A stretch of DNA of 40,923 bases. Origin: Sarea resinae. Its lineage: Eukaryota. The translations under genes were made by a program, and so were the position numbers. Below the pieces are notes generated by a model, which was not told the origin of the DNA, did not search any database, and saw nothing but the letters and a program-made list of their open reading frames with translations. The stretch is from assembly GCA_026026165.1 (NCBI GenBank), contig JAPEUD010000082.1:62001-102923 (forward strand), in the 5' to 3' direction. Shown here piece by piece: positions 36,196 through 40,923 of the stretch. Each line of letters starts with the position of its first letter. Positions within the stretch are counted from its first letter, which is position 1.

Positions 36196-37392
36196 ATGGC
36201 TACCAGCATCAAAGCTTCAGAGAGAAAGGCCAAGGTCGTCTTCAATCTAGATTCGCCGTATTCCGTGGGCTGGTACGTTTGGCCTGTAAACCTCACTTCT
36301 CATCGTCGAGTGATTGCTGACTTTGTCAGGCCAATAATAACCGATGAGGATCAGGGAGTCATACTGGAGCTACTTTGCAGGTAAGTGTGTACTGGTATTG
36401 GCATGTCCCATCCACGCTTTCTCGCTCCTTGCTTCACTCTGAGTACTGTCACTAGCAGATTATCTGCGATTCATTTCAACGCTGAGTAAAAAAAAAACGC
36501 CGTTTGAAAATGTCTCAGTTTCTGTGGTTCCTCTGCCTCAAGTGATGGAATTCTTGTTGTGATGTTGGCCCCTTCTTTTGGCCCCCAACATATTCAAGAT
36601 AGGCCTCACGGATTAGCCGTGCTTCTTCAGATAAGCGTATTGTACTGATAATTTCTCAACTGCACTCACAGACTGCTGGCCCCGATCGGTCAACATAGGG
36701 CGAATTTCATCAGCCCTTCAAAGGGAAAACGTAGCAAGAAGCGAAAGCGACGAGAGGCCAAAATAGTATCTGAAGGTTCTGAGAAAGCCGCAAGCTCTAC
36801 TACTTTGGCGAGCCCGCAAACCCCGCCAGCACCAGAATTGCGCTCGTATCTTACGATTGGTTTCAACGACACCACAAGGCATCTAGAAGCTATGGCAAGG
36901 CGGGCAATACCATGCAATCTCCCCCCAGACTCAAAACAGCAGGATCCTAGCTCGCCAGAGAGCAAGGAGATCTCCTTGCCAGACCATGAGTCGACTGGCC
37001 CAATCTCCGTCATTTTCCTGTCTCGGTCATCTCAGCCTTCCGTTCTATACTCTCATCTTCCACTGTTGACAGCTGTAGCTTCAAGTCAGTCTCCTGACGG
37101 CTCGGTCGTCCGCTTGGTTAGTCTACCTAAAGGCGCAGAAGTCCGCCTCGCTACTGCTCTGGGACTACCCCGAGTGGGGCAGGTCGGTCTCCTTGAGGGA
37201 GCTCCTCATGCTGGATCACTTCTAGACTATGTGCGTCAGCACGTACCAGTAGTTGAAGCGCCCTGGTTAAAGGATATTGCCACGAAAGAATATCTGCCGG
37301 TGAAAATCAACGCGCTACAGACAACCTCTCCGGCTGTGAACAAAGTAAACACTAAAGCAAATAGCACAAACGTCACTAGACCAGTCAAGTAG
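36196..37392 (+). CDS. POP3: RNase P/MRP subunit Pop3-like; exons 36196-36272, 36330-36380, 36672-37392
   Basis: VFNLDSPYS..WP.I..EDQ..ILELLC-RLLAPIGQHR..PSKGKRSKKRKR, then LTIGFNDTTRHL, HLPLL, LVSLPKGAEVRLATALGLPRVG, VPVVEAPWL. This pattern matches fungal Pop3 as I recall it. Confidence 0.8.
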
Positions 37393-37708
37393 GGAATCTG
37401 TGGATGCCTGTCGATTCGAAGAATATAGCAGGTTGGCTGGCCAGATTGAGCAATCGAAGGCGTTTGTGCGGATGATGTCTGCTTCTTCGCTTGAGGATAT
37501 AATGCCTCAGAACACTACAGTCAGCCGCGAACTCATCTGGTTCAAAGCTGTCGCCAAAATCCGCGAATTAGGCTTTCTTTGGGGTATTTGCGCCTGCTTT
37601 GATCACTACAGTCCTCAGTTGGCCAATAATAAAGAACTTCTTAGATCAAGACACCTTTTCGGAAGTACATAACAGACTCTAGACGATATCGTACACGAGC
37701 ATCTATCT

Positions 37709-39193
37709 CTAGACCTCGACCAAGATCTTGACATACTTATCTTTCTCCGCAATCAACGCTTTGAACCCCTTTTCCACCACTTCCGCCATCTGGATCTTCC
37801 GCGTAATCATAGCTTCAGGGTTCAGAATTCCTGTATGTCACAATTAATCTCCCTTGTCCTCGACTCCAGCAGCCATCGAAGGGAACAAGCTCGTACCTGA
37901 TGCAAGAGCCTCCATAACATAATCGAAGTCCTTTTTCAGATATCCCAGCACGGCCACATACGTCTTCTCATAGAATACTAGCATGTTTGGATTGAACGGG
38001 ACCTCCTGTTCCCACATCGCAACGTTGACCACCGTCCCTCGCGCCTTGGCAGCCGTACAGGCCGTCACCAACGAAGCTGGAACCCCCGCGCAATCGAACA
38101 CGATGTCTGGCCCTTCGCCGCCACACAACTGCTTGCTGATGGCGACGAGATCATACGTCCGCGGGTCCAGCACGTGATGAGCGCCGTATTTCTTCGCGAG
38201 CGATTGTCGTGCGGGAGCAATCTCCGAGACGATGATTTTCTTGGCGCCGCGCGCTTTGACGGATTGGAGGACGGCAAGCCCGATGGGTCCGCCGCCGAGG
38301 ACGAGGACTGAGGACGTCGAATGCAAAGGGCTGGCGTCGACGGCGTGCCAGGCTACTGCGAGGGGTTCCGCGAGAGCTGAGAGGGGAATCAGAAGTTGGA
38401 ATCCGAGGAAAGTGGTGAAACGGTCTCTCGATCACTTACCTCCTACTTCGAGCGAGACGTTGTCGGGTAGTTTGACGACGTACGAGCTGGGCAGGACGAC
38501 GTGTTCGCTCATGCCTCCGCCTCCTCCTTCGTGTTCATGTCAAACGTCAGCACTTCCGTCTTTTGTCCCGTCTCCTCTCACCTCATTCATTCATTCACTG
38601 TTCCGTCCTCTACTCCAGCAGGACAGCGAAACTCACCACTTAAGCCCACAAAGCCCCCCTTCGAACAGCAATTCTCAAGCCCCCTCCCGCAAGCTTCACA
38701 CTTGCCACAGAAAACCGTCGGCTTTATCGTTACGCGATCCCCCTTCTTCAATAGCAGCCCCTCTTTCTCCCTGCTTTCATTGACATCCTCTCCGACCTCC
38801 TCGACTATTCCGGAGAATTCATGGCCCAGCGTGATGGGCATGACATCACCCGTCACAGGATGCGGTGTCTGCGGTGCGAAATATGGTCCTGCTAGGTATT
38901 CGTGGAGGTCGGTACCGCAGATGCCAACGAAAGAGGGACGGATCTAGGGCATATCAGTGAGCGGACATCAGGCGGCTGTGAATAGCATATACTGCGAGCG
39001 TCGTTCGTGATCATGACGGGGAATGCGGAGAATTCAAGGGGAGATTTCGATATGTCAATGGGCTAGAAGAAACGGCTGGACAAGAGCATGTGGGTGAGAC
39101 AAAGCATACCTTGACTTCTCCAACCCCGCATACCGGCTCAGGTATCTCTTCCAGGCGAACATCGAGCCGGCCGTGATAGCGAATCGCACGCAT
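37709..39193 (-). CDS. Zinc-binding medium-chain dehydrogenase, (R,R)-butanediol dehydrogenase-like; exons 39193-39110, 38943-38637, 38526-38440, 38376-37897, 37830-37709
   Basis: MRAIRYHGRLDVRLE, GICGTDLHEY, GHEFSG, structural Zn site CGKCEAC...C, EPLAVAWHA, Rossmann motif GGGPIG, C-terminal VKILVEV. Confidence 0.92.
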
Positions 39194-39258
39194 TTTCTTG
39201 GTCCTTTGCTGCTGCTGTCTCTGCCTCCCTTGAGTTGTCTTGGGAGTGTCTGTTGGCA

Positions 39259-39264
<6 letters not shown>

Positions 39265-39289
<25 letters not shown>
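39265..39289. repeat. (AG)n microsatellite in the dehydrogenase 5' region
   Basis: Seen directly; reads as a (CT)n tract on the coding strand. Confidence 0.9.
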
Positions 39290-40378
39290 GCTGCGAGGAT
39301 ATCCGTGGTGCACAGCGCGCTTCAGGTCAACGCGGTCAAAGCTCAATGTGCCTGACGGATGGATTGGGGTTCTTAGGGCTCAATAGCTGGCTGGAGGACT
39401 GGCGTTTCTCTCCTTCACGACTGCTGTTCAATTGATGCGGTTGAGGTCTGGAAGCAGAGAAAAGCATGGAAAAGAGGAGCGGAACGGAGCGGAGAAGAGC
39501 TGGGCAGAGCTTAGCCAACTAGGGTATCTTCCCGCATTTGCACGCACGCACGCACGCACGCACACAGACACACTGCTACTCTCAGATCGCTGCTCTCTAT
39601 CTAACTTCCTAACACGTGCTATAGGCGTGGAGCTAGGTTGGCTACCTACCTACCGTACCTCTCTAGATGACTTAGTACTAAGCTATTACATCTCCAAGCC
39701 ATTTTTAGCACTTCCTTAATTTTCCCTCTCCTCGTCTCTCGCGCCCCTCCTGCAAACGAGAGTGTGTGTAAGAGGAGATGTGGAATCGCACTCGCAATCG
39801 CAATCGCAATCGTCGTAGAATGCGGGGTGTGGGGGAAACTAGCTCATCTAGGTACCTTAGGTAGGTACCTTACCTTATCTTAGAGTTTGTGAACCTAAGG
39901 TAGGTAAGTACGCAAAAGGTATTGAGTACTGCGTACTTATTGATAAAGTAGTTTCTGGCCGGTCTGCATGCTTTGAGAATACCGCATGAGTGAGTAGATA
40001 GTACTGAGGTAGGTAGTAGTACCTACCTACCTAAGGTAGGTTGGGTTAGGCCTGTAGATCCATCAGGTCACGGAGGCCGCCTCAGTACCTAGGTCAGTTT
40101 AGGTTTAGTGTCGTACCTTGGTGCCTTCATAGGTACACTAGGTACACTCGGTAACTGTATGTAGGTAGGTAAGGTAGGTACATAATAGCATCCTACAAAC
40201 AACAACACAACAACAGAATTCGCGATCAAAGCCGAAGTCACCGAGCATTAAATAGATAAATCCATATCATCGATATCAATTGAATTCATCTAGGCATCCT
40301 ACTCATCTATCCATCTATCCACTCAATCACTCAATCACTCAATCACTCCAATGATCAAACATATTGAACCCTCCGTGC

Positions 40379-40781
40379 CTAAAAGCCCGTGACGAAGCCA
40401 AGAGTAAAACCAACGACGGCCGCGACGACCCAGCCTCTCTTCCCACTACTACTACTACTACCAAAGCCACCGCCGCCATAACCCCTGGCCGCAGCGCTCT
40501 TCTTCTTCTTGCCACTGCCCGTCTCGCCCGCCTCTCCGGTCGGCACGGCCGTAGAGGCCGCGCCGCCGCCGAGGGTGCTCGAGGCCCCGGCTCCAATGTC
40601 CGATACCCCGAATGACGAGGACGCCGCGGCGCCCGTGGGCGACGCGCTGGAAAAGGATGAGATCGTGCTGGGCAGGTACGAGGAGAAGGGGATGTCGGTT
40701 ACCGCGGACCCCGGGAGTACGGCCGGTTGCGTGGGGATGACGGGGTTCGGGTAGGCGTAGGTGTCGTTGGGGTCCAGGACG
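40379..40781 (-). CDS. Terminal exon of a probable GPI-anchored or cell-surface protein; 5' part lies beyond the window
   Basis: After tactcac...aaAG the frame reads VLDPNDTYAYPNPVIPTQPAVLPGS, then a Ser/Thr/Gly/Ala-rich stretch, then KKKKSAAARG...WVVAAVVGFTLGFVTGF* (TAG 40381-40379). Codons are GC3-biased. Missing from the ORF track because no start codon is in the window. Confidence 0.72.
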
Positions 40782-40892
40782 CTTTTGGTGGGTGAGTAGA
40801 GGGAGAGATAGAGGCAAAGGAAAAGGATGAAGGTGGGGAAAGAAGCAGATGCAAAAGGACAGCGGGTGGCTTATGGGTAGAGAGAGAGAGGT

Positions 40893-40921
40893 GGGGGGGG
40901 GGGGGGGGGGGGGGGGGGGGG
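40893..40921. repeat. Poly-G homopolymer (poly-C on the coding strand), in the presumed intron
   Basis: Seen directly at the window end. Confidence 0.95.
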
Positions 40922-40923
40922 AA

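Noticed and set aside
38960..39020. Box C/D snoRNA in dehydrogenase intron 1 (ATGATCA...CTGA on the minus strand)
   Set aside because: The C box is imperfect, the span is only about 50 nt, it is too close to the branch point, and I recognise no rRNA guide.
1..40923. CRISPR array, tRNA, rRNA, snRNA, RNase P/MRP RNA, TPP riboswitch, transposase or biosynthetic gene cluster
   Set aside because: No regularly spaced repeats, no hallmark RNA motifs seen by eye, and no transposase, RT, PKS or NRPS motifs. The genes are functionally unrelated housekeeping genes. An Rfam/tRNAscan run would be needed to exclude divergent RNAs.

Overview
Gene-dense genomic DNA from a filamentous ascomycete (Pezizomycotina inferred from short GT-AG introns with CTRAY branch points and from the protein families). 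I built 16 protein-coding models by hand from splice signals; two are truncated by the window edges. In order: an unknown acidic/Gly-rich ORF (partial), DGAT1-type MBOAT, PFS2, a MAPEG/microsomal GST, a maltose/galactoside O-acetyltransferase, STE14, PEX8, a TMEM170-like protein, PUS1, TFA1, NSRP1/CCDC55-like, NFKBIL1-like, a 14-exon USP34-like deubiquitinase, POP3, a BDH-like zinc dehydrogenase, and the last exon of a probable GPI-anchored protein that the ORF track misses. I found no tRNA, rRNA, snRNA, CRISPR array, transposase or secondary-metabolite cluster. This is mostly housekeeping sequence and I cannot demonstrate a novel system. The best leads are: a long, multi-hairpin intron in POP3; a possible unannotated spliced minus-strand transcript at about 8-9 kb, which would complete an almost perfectly alternating gene order; a recurrent TACTCCGGAGTA palindrome family in intergenic spacers; a RIP-like AT-rich island at about 0.9-2.0 kb; and a sharp GC/microsatellite mosaic that switches inside PEX8. 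Family names come from motif recognition, not database searches.
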